This document shows positions 40,205 through 50,181 of a stretch of DNA of 64,000 bases, in pieces. Position 1 is the first letter of the stretch. Each line of letters opens with the position of its first letter. Source of the stretch: Alphaproteobacteria bacterium (GTDB taxonomy: Bacteria > Pseudomonadota > Alphaproteobacteria > UBA7887). Under the pieces are notes generated by a model that saw only the letters and a list, made by a program, of their open reading frames with translations, was not told the DNA's origin and did no database searches. The stretch is taken from positions 3,040,001 through 3,104,000 of the forward strand of contig CBDCGL010000011.1 in the NCBI GenBank assembly GCA_965216755.1, read 5' to 3'. The translations under genes were made by a program, and so were the position numbers.

Positions 40205-41662
40205 CTAGGACGCCGTCGCCGGCGCACCGGCAGGCATGGACTCTTCGGTTTCACCACGCGCCGTGCGCCACAAATTGTAGACCATGATCAACGAACCGAG
40301 GACAAACAGCGTGCCGCCCAAGGCGCGAATGACATAGTACGGGTGCATGGCTTCGACGGTCTCGACAAAGGAATATTCCAGGAAGCCGAGCGAATCGTAG
40401 GCGCGCCACATCAGGCCCTGCATAATGCCGGATACCCACATGGCGGTGATGTAGAGCACGATGCCAATTGTCGCCAGCCAGAAATGATAGCTCACCAAGC
40501 GAAGCGAATAGAGCCGTTCGCGCTGCCACACCATCGGCACCAGGCAATAGAGGGCGCCGAAGCTGACAAACCCAACCCAGCCGAGGGCGCCGGAATGGAC
40601 ATGGCCGATGGTCCAGTCGGTGTAGTGGCTGAGCGCATTGACGGCCTTGATCGACATCACCGGCCCTTCGAAAGTGCTCATGCCATAGAAGCCGACCGAG
40701 ACCACCAGGAAGCGCAACACCGGATCGGTGCGCAACTTATCCCACGCGCCCGACAAGGTCATGATGCCGTTGATCATTCCGCCCCACGAAGGCATCCACA
40801 GCATCACGGAAAAGGTCATGCCCAAGGTCTGCGCCCAATCGGGCAACGCGGTGTAGTGCAGATGGTGAGGTCCCGCCCAGATATAGAGAAAGATCAGCGA
40901 CCAGAAATGGACGATCGATAGGCGGTAGGAATAAACCGGCCGCTCCGCGCGCTTCGGGATGAAGTAGTACATGATGCCCAGAAAACCCGCGGTCAAAAAG
41001 AAACCGACCGCGTTATGGGCATACCACCATTGGGTCAGCGCGTCGTGCACGCCCGAATAGAGGATGTAGCTTTTCGCCCCCGTCCACGACACCGGCACCG
41101 CCAGATTGTTGACGATGTGCAGCATCGCGACCGTGATGATAAAGGCCAGGAAGAACCAGTTAGCAACATAGATGTGCGATTCGCGACGCTTCATCAGCGT
41201 GCCCGCGAACACCACCAAATAGACGACCCAGACGATCGTCAGCCACAAGTCGGCGTACCATTCAGGCTCAGCGTATTCTTTCGACTGGGTCACGCCGAGC
41301 ACATATCCCAGCGCCGCAATGACAATAAAGAAATTGTATCCCCAAACGACGAAATGTGCGGCGCCGCCACCGAACAGACGCGTCCGGCAGGTACGCTGAA
41401 CAACAAAAAACGACGTGGCCAACAGCGCATTGCCACCAAACGCAAAAATCACCGCAGACGTATGGACCGGGCGCAACCGCCCGAACGTGGTCCATGGCAA
41501 GTCAAGATTTAACGCCGGAAATGCCAGTTGAAAGGCGATCAAATCCCCGACAAGGAATCCGACCACGCCCCAAAATACGGTCGCGATGACGGCAAGCTTG
41601 ACGACCTTATAGTCGTAGGGCGTCGCCGCTACGGCCACGCCCTGTGCAGTCGTGTCGGTCAT
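40205..41662 (-). CDS. ccoN: cbb3-type cytochrome c oxidase subunit I
   Basis: [40 protein letters not shown]. Confidence 0.98.
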   Translation of the reverse strand: MTDTTAQGVAVAATPYDYKVVKLAVIATVFWGVVGFLVGDLIAFQLAFPALNLDLPWTTFGRLRPVHTSAVIFAFGGNALLATSFFVVQRTCRTRLFGGGAAHFVVWGYNFFIVIAALGYVLGVTQSKEYAEPEWYADLWLTIVWVVYLVVFAGTLMKRRESHIYVANWFFLAFIITVAMLHIVNNLAVPVSWTGAKSYILYSGVHDALTQWWYAHNAVGFFLTAGFLGIMYYFIPKRAERPVYSYRLSIVHFWSLIFLYIWAGPHHLHYTALPDWAQTLGMTFSVMLWMPSWGGMINGIMTLSGAWDKLRTDPVLRFLVVSVGFYGMSTFEGPVMSIKAVNALSHYTDWTIGHVHSGALGWVGFVSFGALYCLVPMVWQRERLYSLRLVSYHFWLATIGIVLYITAMWVSGIMQGLMWRAYDSLGFLEYSFVETVEAMHPYYVIRALGGTLFVLGSLIMVYNLWRTARGETEESMPAGAPATAS

Positions 41663-41993
41663 GCGTACACGTCCCCCCTCATGTGACGCAGGCTGTAAAA
41701 CATGCACACTGTGACGTGCAGGACCGACTGCGTCAAACTCGTCGTTTGGGCCGGAGCAGCGACAACAACCATTCGCATGCGGCGCACTCCGGCAAGGGCC
41801 TAATTCTCAGCCGCAAATCGCAGCAGGCCACCCCATGCTGCACTGCAACGAAAACGATGCCCATCCTGTGAATCAACGACCTCCACGCCTTAACCCAAGT
41901 TAACCGCGTGGTGCGGACGGCGTGATTGTGCGGCGAAAGCGACACTCATGGTAGAACGCCCCAATCGGGCCCATCAACTTTGCGGATAAACGC

Positions 41994-43766
41994 ATGATCG
42001 ATCGATTGAAGCCGATATTTCGCGCGCCCATTCTCGTGGTCGCTCTCGTGCTGACCAGCACGGCGACAGCGCAGACGGATCGTGCGGCCCCTGACCGAGG
42101 CGCACCCGAGGCGGCGACCGGATTTGACGACCGGGGTGGTGCCCGGACGGCCCACGATATGATCAGTGCCGCCAATCCCCATGCGGCGCGCGCCGGATAC
42201 GACATATTGGCCCGCGGTGGATCGGCGCTTGACGCGATCATCGCGGCGCAGATGGTCCTGAATGTGGTCGAGCCGCAATCATCGGGCATCGGCGGCGGCG
42301 CGTTTTTGCTCTATTACGCGGCGGCTGAGAATGCGCTTTATACCTATGACGGGCGCGAAACAGCGCCCGCCGCCGTGACCGAAACGCTGTTTGTCGATCC
42401 CGACGGCACCACGCCCGGCTATTTGGATGCGGTTGCCGGCGGGCGCTCGGTTGGCGTACCAGGGCTGTTGCGCATGCTTGACCGCGCCCACCACGATCAC
42501 GGTCGTTTGCCATGGCGAGACCTCTTTGCAGCCGCCATCAGCCTGGCCAAAGACGGATTCGCGATCAGTCCGCGACTTCACCACTTGGCGGCGCGGGTGC
42601 CTACGCTGCGTAAGTTTCCCAAAGCCCGCGACTATCTGCTCACCACAGCGGGCGACGCCAAACCAATCGGCGCCGAGCTGCGAAATCGGCGCCTCGCGGA
42701 GACTCTCGACATCATTGCGCGTGACGGTGTCGATGCCTTTTACAGCGGCGCCATCGCCGCCGACATTGTCAATGCGGTCACCAATGCCCCCCTGAACCCG
42801 GGCGCCATGACGATCGCCGACCTGGCGGGGTATCAGGCAAAGGTCCGGGCACCGGTTTGTGCCCCCTATCGCACCTATCGGATATGCAGCATGGGCCCGC
42901 CGACATCGGGCGGCGTGACCATATTGCAGATTCTCGGCATGCTGGCACAGTTTGACATGGCGCGATTGGCACCATTCGGCGTCGATGCTAGTCATTTGTT
43001 CGCCGAAGCGAGTCGGCTTGCCTTTGCCGACCGCGATCTCTATTTGGCCGACCCCGATTTTGTCGCCGTGCCAGTGGCCGGCTTGCTTAACCGTGCCTAT
43101 CTGGCCGCGCGCGCCGCTTTGATCGACCCGCGACGCGCCAATCGGACCTCGGCCGCAGGCGCGCCGCCGGGCTTAAGCGCCGACTTCGCTTTGCCTCCGG
43201 AACAACGCGAGCCACCGTCAACGACCCATGTCAGCGTCATCGATCGCGATGGCAACGCAGCGGCGCTGACCAGCAGTATCGAATTCGCGTTTGGCTCCGG
43301 GCTGATGGCGCGGGGATTTCTGCTCAACAACCAGCTGACCGATTTTGCCCTGGTGCCGCAGCGCGCCGGCGTGCCTGTGGCCAATCGGGTCGCGCCCGGG
43401 AAACGACCGCGCAGTTCCATGGCGCCAACAATCGTCTTCGATGACTCCGGTGACCCCGCGCTGGTGATCGGGTCGCCGGGCGGCGCCAATATCATCTGCT
43501 ATGTGGTCAAAGTCATAGTCGCCGTAATCGACTGGGGACGCGACGTGCACAGCGCCATTGCCCTGCCCAATCTGTGCAATCGCAATGGCGACACACTGGT
43601 CGAAAAGGGCACGCGCCTAGAGGCCCTTACGCACGCGCTGTCGCGGCGCGGCCATGTGATCGATGTGCGGGACATGAACAGCGGCTTGCACGGCATCGCC
43701 GTGACCGCCGACGGCCTAGCCGGTGGCGCCGATCCGCGTCGGGAAGGGATCGCGCTCGGCCATTGA
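41994..43766 (+). CDS. ggt: Gamma-glutamyltransferase
   Basis: EPQSSGIGGG, DGRETAP, TTHVS nucleophile, LLNNQLTDF, KRPRSSM, GADPRREG; signal peptide. Confidence 0.95.
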   Translation: MIDRLKPIFRAPILVVALVLTSTATAQTDRAAPDRGAPEAATGFDDRGGARTAHDMISAANPHAARAGYDILARGGSALDAIIAAQMVLNVVEPQSSGIGGGAFLLYYAAAENALYTYDGRETAPAAVTETLFVDPDGTTPGYLDAVAGGRSVGVPGLLRMLDRAHHDHGRLPWRDLFAAAISLAKDGFAISPRLHHLAARVPTLRKFPKARDYLLTTAGDAKPIGAELRNRRLAETLDIIARDGVDAFYSGAIAADIVNAVTNAPLNPGAMTIADLAGYQAKVRAPVCAPYRTYRICSMGPPTSGGVTILQILGMLAQFDMARLAPFGVDASHLFAEASRLAFADRDLYLADPDFVAVPVAGLLNRAYLAARAALIDPRRANRTSAAGAPPGLSADFALPPEQREPPSTTHVSVIDRDGNAAALTSSIEFAFGSGLMARGFLLNNQLTDFALVPQRAGVPVANRVAPGKRPRSSMAPTIVFDDSGDPALVIGSPGGANIICYVVKVIVAVIDWGRDVHSAIALPNLCNRNGDTLVEKGTRLEALTHALSRRGHVIDVRDMNSGLHGIAVTADGLAGGADPRREGIALGH

Positions 43767-44972
43767 GAGTTGGCCGGCTTGAAAAATATCGCCGGAAAGC
43801 ATGGCGTCGTCGATTGCGCTGCCCTGATACAGGACAATGCCGGCGGCGCGGCCGAAGGCAAGTGCCTCGGCACTATCGCAGTGATCGAGAATAAAGCGGT
43901 CGACGCCGGCCGTGGCGACGGTCGCGGCGATCCGATCGACGTCGACGGCGGGCACGCGCCAATCACAGCGATAAAAGTCCGTGCCGATCGCCGCCAAATT
44001 GAGCGCGTCCAGGCTGGCCGCGTTGACGCCATCCAAACACCACCGCAAGCCGAGATCCGCGGTCGATCGCCGCACATCCTGAAAGACGCCGAAATTGCCG
44101 AACATGTCCGCGACATGGAGCGCAACGATCAGATGCGCGGCATGGGCTTCGGCCAACCGTTGCGCAAATGACCGAAATGCCGGCGTTTGCACAGTTGTTA
44201 TGCGCAGGCGCAGCATGACCGGCAAGTGACCCGATCGTGGACTTGTGCTGCCGACCGACGCCAATAGGCGCGTATCGAAGCTTTGTGCAAATTGCTGTGC
44301 CAGCCAACTATCGTCAGGCAGATCCAAGTTCGGCATCGCCTTTTGGCGCAGCGCATCCACCGCAACATAGATATCCTCGCACAACGGGACCGGCGGGCCG
44401 TCGTCGTCCAACCGGCAGACCGCCTGGTGGCGCAAGAATGGTTCGATGTCGATCGACCTCAACCCCACTTCGAGACGCGCGTAGGGTCCGGCGTCGCGCG
44501 CGGCCGAAAAAGCATCGGTTTCCGTCGCGGCCGCGTTGCTCGCGTCGGCGCGACCCAATCGCTGCCGATACATGCTGCGGCACAGCGCCATAAAGCCCGC
44601 CCATTCGGCGGCGAGATCGTACCAAGCGGTCAGCAGTTCCGCCGCCGGCAGTGGTTCGTCAGACACGGCGCTGCCACCGCCCGCCTCTTGGACCAACGTG
44701 CAGATTTCGGCACCGGCTGCTTTGACTGCAGCCGCGTCCTGACCGGCGCATACCAACACGAGATCGTTGTTCCACAATCGAAACAGCGCATCGTCGTAGG
44801 ACGGCGCCAGAGGTTTGAGGCGCGCTTCGGCGGCAGCCAGTAACGGCTCGGTACGATCTTTGGGCAAAAGCCGCGACAACCGCACATAAAGCGCCTGATA
44901 ACCTTTGCGGCGCCGCTCGAGGCGCGCCACATAGGCGATCAGCGCTGCTTCGGGATCGGCATACTTGGTCAT
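43716..44972 (-). CDS. Degenerate EAL-like domain protein
   Basis: C-terminal barrel-like segments (RHQAVC, WCLDG, ILDHCDSAEAL.FG...GIVLYQG) resemble EAL but lack the EAL and DDFG motifs. Confidence 0.55.
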   Translation of the reverse strand: MTKYADPEAALIAYVARLERRRKGYQALYVRLSRLLPKDRTEPLLAAAEARLKPLAPSYDDALFRLWNNDLVLVCAGQDAAAVKAAGAEICTLVQEAGGGSAVSDEPLPAAELLTAWYDLAAEWAGFMALCRSMYRQRLGRADASNAAATETDAFSAARDAGPYARLEVGLRSIDIEPFLRHQAVCRLDDDGPPVPLCEDIYVAVDALRQKAMPNLDLPDDSWLAQQFAQSFDTRLLASVGSTSPRSGHLPVMLRLRITTVQTPAFRSFAQRLAEAHAAHLIVALHVADMFGNFGVFQDVRRSTADLGLRWCLDGVNAASLDALNLAAIGTDFYRCDWRVPAVDVDRIAATVATAGVDRFILDHCDSAEALAFGRAAGIVLYQGSAIDDAMLSGDIFQAGQLSMAERDPFPTRIGATG

Positions 44973-45110
44973 CGGCGACCGTCGACTCGCGGGTTTCATT
45001 GCTGATCGGATGGCGCTGCCACCGAGATGCGGCACCGACTCTTCCGGTCCGCGAGTATCAGGGTTGACGGTTAACGGATTGTAAGCGGTCGCTTATTTCA
45101 CGCGCGCTTG

Positions 45111-46487
45111 TCACACGGCATCGGGAATCGTCAGCCTGAATCGTGTGCCGCTTGGCGAGGTTTCAACCAGTTGAGCATCCCCACCGTGCAAACGCGCGAC
45201 CTCGCGAACGATTGCCAATCCCAGGCCCGTGCCGCCGGCGCGCGCCGAACCGGCAAACGGCTCAAACAAGTGCGCGCGTGCTTTGGCTGGCAGGCCCGCG
45301 CCCTGGTCCGTGACATCGATTTCGACGCCATCGGCCGGACGCCGCGCGGATATCGTTACGGTGCCGGTGCCGTTCATCGCTTCGACCGCATTGCGGCCGA
45401 GATTGAGCAAGGCCCGAAACAACTGGTCGCGATCGGCCGAGATCATCAGGTCCTTGTCCATGATGTTGCGCCACTGCGTTGGGCTATCGAGGGTCATGTC
45501 GATCGTTTCCTCAACATCGACCACCAGGTCGTGTAAACGGAATCGAGACGGACTAAACGTCGGTTCGGCATCGTGCGCATAATTCAAGGTCTGAGCACAC
45601 AAACTCACTGCGCGATCGATCGCGGTCATCAGCCGTGGCGTCACCCGCCGTACTTCGGGATCTTCGCTTTGCGCCAAGCTATCCGAGACAATCATTGCTG
45701 AGGCAAGAGAGTTGCGCAAGTCGTGGTTGATCTTGCTCATCGCGGCGCCCAGCGCCGCCAGGCGGGTCTTCTGAATCAACGACGCCCGCAATTGGCGCTG
45801 CATGGCACCCAGCGCCGACTGAGCCCGGCCGATTTCATCCTGCCGGCGCGTATACTCGATAACGTTCCGCATATCCTCAGGGTTGCGTCGAAAGGCGGCC
45901 AAATTTGCCGTGATGCGGCCCATGGGTCTGACCATCATCCATTGCAGGCTGAAATAGACCAGCGTCGCCGTCAGCAGTGAGATCACTAGACTGAGATTGA
46001 GGATTCGGCGCGAGAATTCGTGCATCGTAACCCGCATGGGAACTTCGTTGATGACGACTTCAACGATCATATCCGGCTTGCCGCGCGCCTGATCGAGCAC
46101 GCGTATGTAACGCTGCTCGGTCGATAACAAAACGGCGAAGGCGTCGAAGATCAGGCTCAGCGAGTTGACTTCGCGAAGATCAAAGGTCGCGTCGACGGCG
46201 GGCGGCATGCGCCGCGACAACATCATCATCGAGGCTTCCGCGTCGCGCAGCACGACGCCAGCGACCATGGCTTGGTCAAGGATTTGCTCTTCCAACGATT
46301 TGTCGAGCATGCCATTGGGCGCGGCCTCAAGCGCGCGCGTCGCGAGATGGCCCGACTCCAAGCGTTCGGACAAATAGGCCAAACGAAAACGCGCAATCGA
46401 CGGCACGTAAATCAGCACTTCGCCGATCAAGACGAACAACACGGTCAACAGCAAGAGCCGGCCGGACAGGCTGCGCAAGATCTTCAT
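45111..46487 (-). CDS. HAMP-domain sensor histidine kinase
   Basis: Two TMs, HAMP (DEIG), SKINHDLRN, NLGRNA, DQGAGL, GTGLGL. Confidence 0.92.
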   Translation of the reverse strand: MKILRSLSGRLLLLTVLFVLIGEVLIYVPSIARFRLAYLSERLESGHLATRALEAAPNGMLDKSLEEQILDQAMVAGVVLRDAEASMMMLSRRMPPAVDATFDLREVNSLSLIFDAFAVLLSTEQRYIRVLDQARGKPDMIVEVVINEVPMRVTMHEFSRRILNLSLVISLLTATLVYFSLQWMMVRPMGRITANLAAFRRNPEDMRNVIEYTRRQDEIGRAQSALGAMQRQLRASLIQKTRLAALGAAMSKINHDLRNSLASAMIVSDSLAQSEDPEVRRVTPRLMTAIDRAVSLCAQTLNYAHDAEPTFSPSRFRLHDLVVDVEETIDMTLDSPTQWRNIMDKDLMISADRDQLFRALLNLGRNAVEAMNGTGTVTISARRPADGVEIDVTDQGAGLPAKARAHLFEPFAGSARAGGTGLGLAIVREVARLHGGDAQLVETSPSGTRFRLTIPDAV

Positions 46488-46551
46488 ATCGGCCGCACCT
46501 TAGGCCGGTTCGCGCGCACCGCCAACGGCAACGGTGCCAAATCGGGCCACC

Positions 46552-47976
46552 TCAACCAAATCGCGAGAGAAATTTGACCAGCTTGCGCGTGCGGTCGCTG
46601 AACAGCGATGGCGTGAAATAGGCCCCGGCCGCGCGCTTGTTGATTTCACCATAGGTCGGATAGGGCGCGATCACGCTGGCCATAGCCCCGATCTTCATCT
46701 TGCGCCCGATCATCAACGCCCACGATTGCAGCAACTCGCCGGCGTGGCAACCAACGATGGAGACGCCCAACACGCGACCGCGTCCGGAGGTGATGACCTT
46801 GACCAGACCGTCTGTGTGACGTTCCGTTTGCGCCCGATCGATGTCCGCGAACGGCCAGGTAACAACACGTATGTTGGGGTCTTGTTTGCGGGCGTCGGCT
46901 TCGGTTATGCCGACCTGGCCAACTTCCGGATCCGTATAGGTCACCCACGGCACAGCCCGATAGTCGACGGAAGCCGGCAGACGGAACAACGCGCGACGAA
47001 TGATGACTCCGGCGTGATAGCCGGCCATATGGGTGAATTGATAAGGGCCGGCGACATCGCCAGCGGCGAACACGCGCCGATTGCTGGTCCGCAGACCTGG
47101 ATCGACGGCGATGCCGCGCGGGGAAAAATCGATGCCCGCGTTCTGCAATCCCAATTCTTCTACGTTCGCCTTGCGGCCGACCGCAATCAGCAGGTGTGAG
47201 CCATCAACATGGCCGGCCTCACCGCCCTGTTCGGTGTGCACACGCACGACACCGTCGTGGCGCGACACCGCCGTGACTTTGGTTTGCTCCCGCAGCGCGA
47301 CCCCTTCCGCCCGAAGCCGGTCGAGCGCCACTTTGGCGATATCCGGGTCATCCTTGGCCAAGCACTGAAACATCTCGACCACCGTCACCGCCGCGCCGAG
47401 GCGTCGGTAGGCTTGGGCAAGTTCCAGACCAATCGGGCCGCCGCCGACCACGATCAAATGCGACGGCAGAACATCATTGGCAAAGATCGTCTCGTTGGTG
47501 AAGTAAGGCGCTGCGTCCAGCCCCGTGATAGGCGGCACAAAGGGCGATGAGCCGGTGGCAATCACAAACCGCCGCGCGCGAACCGCGATGTCGCCGACCA
47601 CCACTTCGTTGGGGGCCGAGAACTGCGCCGCGCCCGGGATGACGCGCACGCCCATGCCCTCAAATCGCTCCACCGAGTCATGCGGCGCGATTGCCGCAAT
47701 CACACCCTGCACGTGATCACGCACGGCCGCCATATCGACCGCTGGCGTCGCCGACCGCACGCCGTACCGATCCGCGTCACGAAAAGCTTGCGCGGCGGCG
47801 CCCGCCGCCAACAGCGCTTTCGACGGCACGCAGCCATAATTGAGGCAATCGCCACCCATTGGGCCCTTTTCGATCAGGACAGTCTCGGCACCCATTTGGC
47901 TCGCACCCGCTGCCACCGATAACCCGGCCGATCCGGCGCCGATCACGCACATGTCGGTCTTGATCGTCTCAGCCAT
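46552..47976 (-). CDS. Class-I pyridine nucleotide-disulfide oxidoreductase (LpdA/MerA-like)
   Basis: GAGSAG, GGDCLNYGCVPSK, GGGPIG, PYPT. Confidence 0.9.
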   Translation of the reverse strand: MAETIKTDMCVIGAGSAGLSVAAGASQMGAETVLIEKGPMGGDCLNYGCVPSKALLAAGAAAQAFRDADRYGVRSATPAVDMAAVRDHVQGVIAAIAPHDSVERFEGMGVRVIPGAAQFSAPNEVVVGDIAVRARRFVIATGSSPFVPPITGLDAAPYFTNETIFANDVLPSHLIVVGGGPIGLELAQAYRRLGAAVTVVEMFQCLAKDDPDIAKVALDRLRAEGVALREQTKVTAVSRHDGVVRVHTEQGGEAGHVDGSHLLIAVGRKANVEELGLQNAGIDFSPRGIAVDPGLRTSNRRVFAAGDVAGPYQFTHMAGYHAGVIIRRALFRLPASVDYRAVPWVTYTDPEVGQVGITEADARKQDPNIRVVTWPFADIDRAQTERHTDGLVKVITSGRGRVLGVSIVGCHAGELLQSWALMIGRKMKIGAMASVIAPYPTYGEINKRAAGAYFTPSLFSDRTRKLVKFLSRFG

Positions 47977-48008
47977 GCAGCGCCTCCATCACAAGACCGA
48001 CGTGTGCC

Positions 48009-48971
48009 TTAGAAAAAGATCTTCTCCGGGTCCATGCCGTCATAGAGATGGGCGACATAGTCGCCGTAGCCGTTATAGATCCGTGTCGGCACTTTTTCAT
48101 CGAAGCCGATCAGCTCTTCTTCTGCCTGGCTCCAATCGGGGAACGGCACGTCCGGATTCACATTCGCCCAAAAGCCATACAGTTCATCGTTGATTTCGTT
48201 CCAGAACGTTTCCGGCTGCTCGTCGGTAAACGTAATGCGGGTAATCGACTTGATCGACTTGAAGCCATATTTCCAGGGAATCGCCAGGCGGATCGGCGCG
48301 CCATTTTGCTTGAGCAATGGTTCGCCATACAAGCCCGTGGCGACAAATGCCAATTCGTTGGTCGCCTCGGCGATCGTCAGGCCCTCGCTGTACGGCCACG
48401 GAAACCAGCCTTGGCGTTGACCGGGCGCAATCCAGCGATTGGAAAAGGACTCGAAGCGCACAAAGGTGGCATCACCCAGCGGCCGGGCGAAATCGACCAG
48501 GGCCTTTAACGGAAACCCGCTCCACGGCACGGTCGCCGCCCACGCTTCCACACAACGCAGTCGGTAGACGCGTTCCTCCAACGGCATGCGTTTGATCAGG
48601 TCATCAAAACTGATTTCCACGTCTTCCTCGACCAAACCATCGATTTCAACGGTCCAGTCATCGATATTCAGCTTCTGGGCGGCCTTGTGGATCCGTTTGT
48701 GCGAACCGAACTCGTAGAAATTGTTGTAGGTGGTGACCTTTTCCTTGTCGGTCAGCGTCCGCGCCACCTTGTACGTGTCGTTACGCGGAAAGGGATAGAT
48801 ATCGGCGCTCGGTTCGGCGGCAAGGGCCTGTGACATTCGCCCTCGGCCGGCGGCTGTGACCGCAACGGCGGCGGCCGCGCCGGTCAAAAAGCCGCGTCGA
48901 GAGGTCAAAAGATGGGCCGGCGTTACCATTGATTCGGGCATAGCCCAGCCCGGTTTAACCCGTGTAAGCAT
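48009..48971 (-). CDS. msrP: Protein-methionine-sulfoxide reductase catalytic subunit
   Basis: Tat motif SRRGFL, YNNFYEFG, RLRCVEAW, QNGAPIRL, WKYGFKSIKSI. Confidence 0.95.
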   Translation of the reverse strand: MLTRVKPGWAMPESMVTPAHLLTSRRGFLTGAAAAVAVTAAGRGRMSQALAAEPSADIYPFPRNDTYKVARTLTDKEKVTTYNNFYEFGSHKRIHKAAQKLNIDDWTVEIDGLVEEDVEISFDDLIKRMPLEERVYRLRCVEAWAATVPWSGFPLKALVDFARPLGDATFVRFESFSNRWIAPGQRQGWFPWPYSEGLTIAEATNELAFVATGLYGEPLLKQNGAPIRLAIPWKYGFKSIKSITRITFTDEQPETFWNEINDELYGFWANVNPDVPFPDWSQAEEELIGFDEKVPTRIYNGYGDYVAHLYDGMDPEKIFF

Positions 48972-49315
48972 GCGACGTCTCCACTAGGGTCTCGACATCA
49001 AGCCGGCGGCGCTCTTGTCGTTAGGTGCACCTCTGGATCCGGCGATCGGCCCTAACATAATCAGGCTGACGGGTGGCCGCCAGAAACCTGCGTTCACAGC
49101 TTCGCGCGTTGCCGTGCCCGGGCGGTGCCAATACAGCACTTGAATGCGCGCGCATAGTGCCCAACATTTCAACGCATATTGGTGCCGAGTTATCGGGCCA
49201 TGTTGCAGTTGCGGCAAGGCACGCGCGGCCGCGAAAGCTCCGCGAACGCCGTGACTGTATTTGTGGGGCGCCCGTTTGGGCCCCGAAACCAAGACGTCGC
49301 CTGCTCAAGGAGGGG

Positions 49316-49744
49316 ATGATGTCGCGAACTTCTCTGTTTAGCAGCCCATTGCTGGTCGGGTTTGACGGCCTGGAACGGCTGCTCGAACGCGCGGCGCAGG
49401 CCACCAATGATGGCTACCCGCCCTATGATATTGAACAACTTGCGCCGGATCGCATGCGGATCACGCTGGCAGTTGCCGGATTTTCCGAGGCGGAACTGAG
49501 CATCACGGTGGAAGCCAAGCAATTGGTCATCCGTGGCAAGCAAAGCGACGATCGTTCGGAACGCCTGTTCCTGCATCGGGGCATCGCGGCGCGTCAATTT
49601 CACCGCAGCTTCGTGCTGGCCGATGATTTGGAAGTGGCTGGCGCGGCGCTGGAGAAGGGATTGCTCCATATCGATGTCGATCGTCTGTCACCGGACACAG
49701 TGGTGCGCAAGGTCGACATTCGCACCGCCAGCGGCGACGGCTGA
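49316..49744 (+). CDS. Small heat shock protein (IbpA-like Hsp20)
   Basis: GYPPYDIE, LAVAGF, FLHRGIAARQF.RSF.LA, GLLHID. Confidence 0.93.
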   Translation: MMSRTSLFSSPLLVGFDGLERLLERAAQATNDGYPPYDIEQLAPDRMRITLAVAGFSEAELSITVEAKQLVIRGKQSDDRSERLFLHRGIAARQFHRSFVLADDLEVAGAALEKGLLHIDVDRLSPDTVVRKVDIRTASGDG

Positions 49745-49879
49745 GGCTGAAGCCCAACCCCGTTATTTGTGAAACCATAGCGCCTCGGAATACCGCGTGC
49801 CAGACGCGGCGTTGCCAAAGCCCGTTTCAGGCCTAGATAAGGATGATGAGGCTTCGAGGGCGCCGGGAGAACAAGACCC

Positions 49880-50095
49880 ATGAACGAAGCGACTTATCTT
49901 AAGTCATTGACGGCAGAGGCCTTTGCGGCCTTAGGGACCCCCTATATGGCGTACATTAAGGCGGTCCATATCGACGGTGAATCGGGTTACGCAATCCATT
50001 CAGCGGATGGCAGCCAAATGGCTGTTATGGCGGATCGCGAATTGGCCTTTGCTGCAGCCCGCCAGCATGACATGAACCCGGTCAGCGTCCACTAG
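49880..50095 (+). CDS. DUF1150-like small protein
   Basis: FAALG...AYIK...YAIHSADG...AFAAARQHDMNPVSVH; typical hsp20 neighbour. Confidence 0.8.
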   Translation: MNEATYLKSLTAEAFAALGTPYMAYIKAVHIDGESGYAIHSADGSQMAVMADRELAFAAARQHDMNPVSVH

Positions 50096-50181
50096 ATCGA
50101 TCTTCGTTCAAACGGAGTCGTTTGAGCGAAGTTAAGTTGATCGATATCCAATAGACAGACCGTGCACCACAGCAGACAAGC

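Noticed and set aside
41890-41905. CtrA box (ttaacccaagttaacc; similar half-site near 45070)
   Set aside because: Spacing is 6 rather than 7 bp, and the other site has only one good half; not supportable.
46552-47976. Mercuric reductase merA
   Set aside because: No C-terminal Cys-Cys pair, no N-terminal metal-binding domain, no mer genes nearby.
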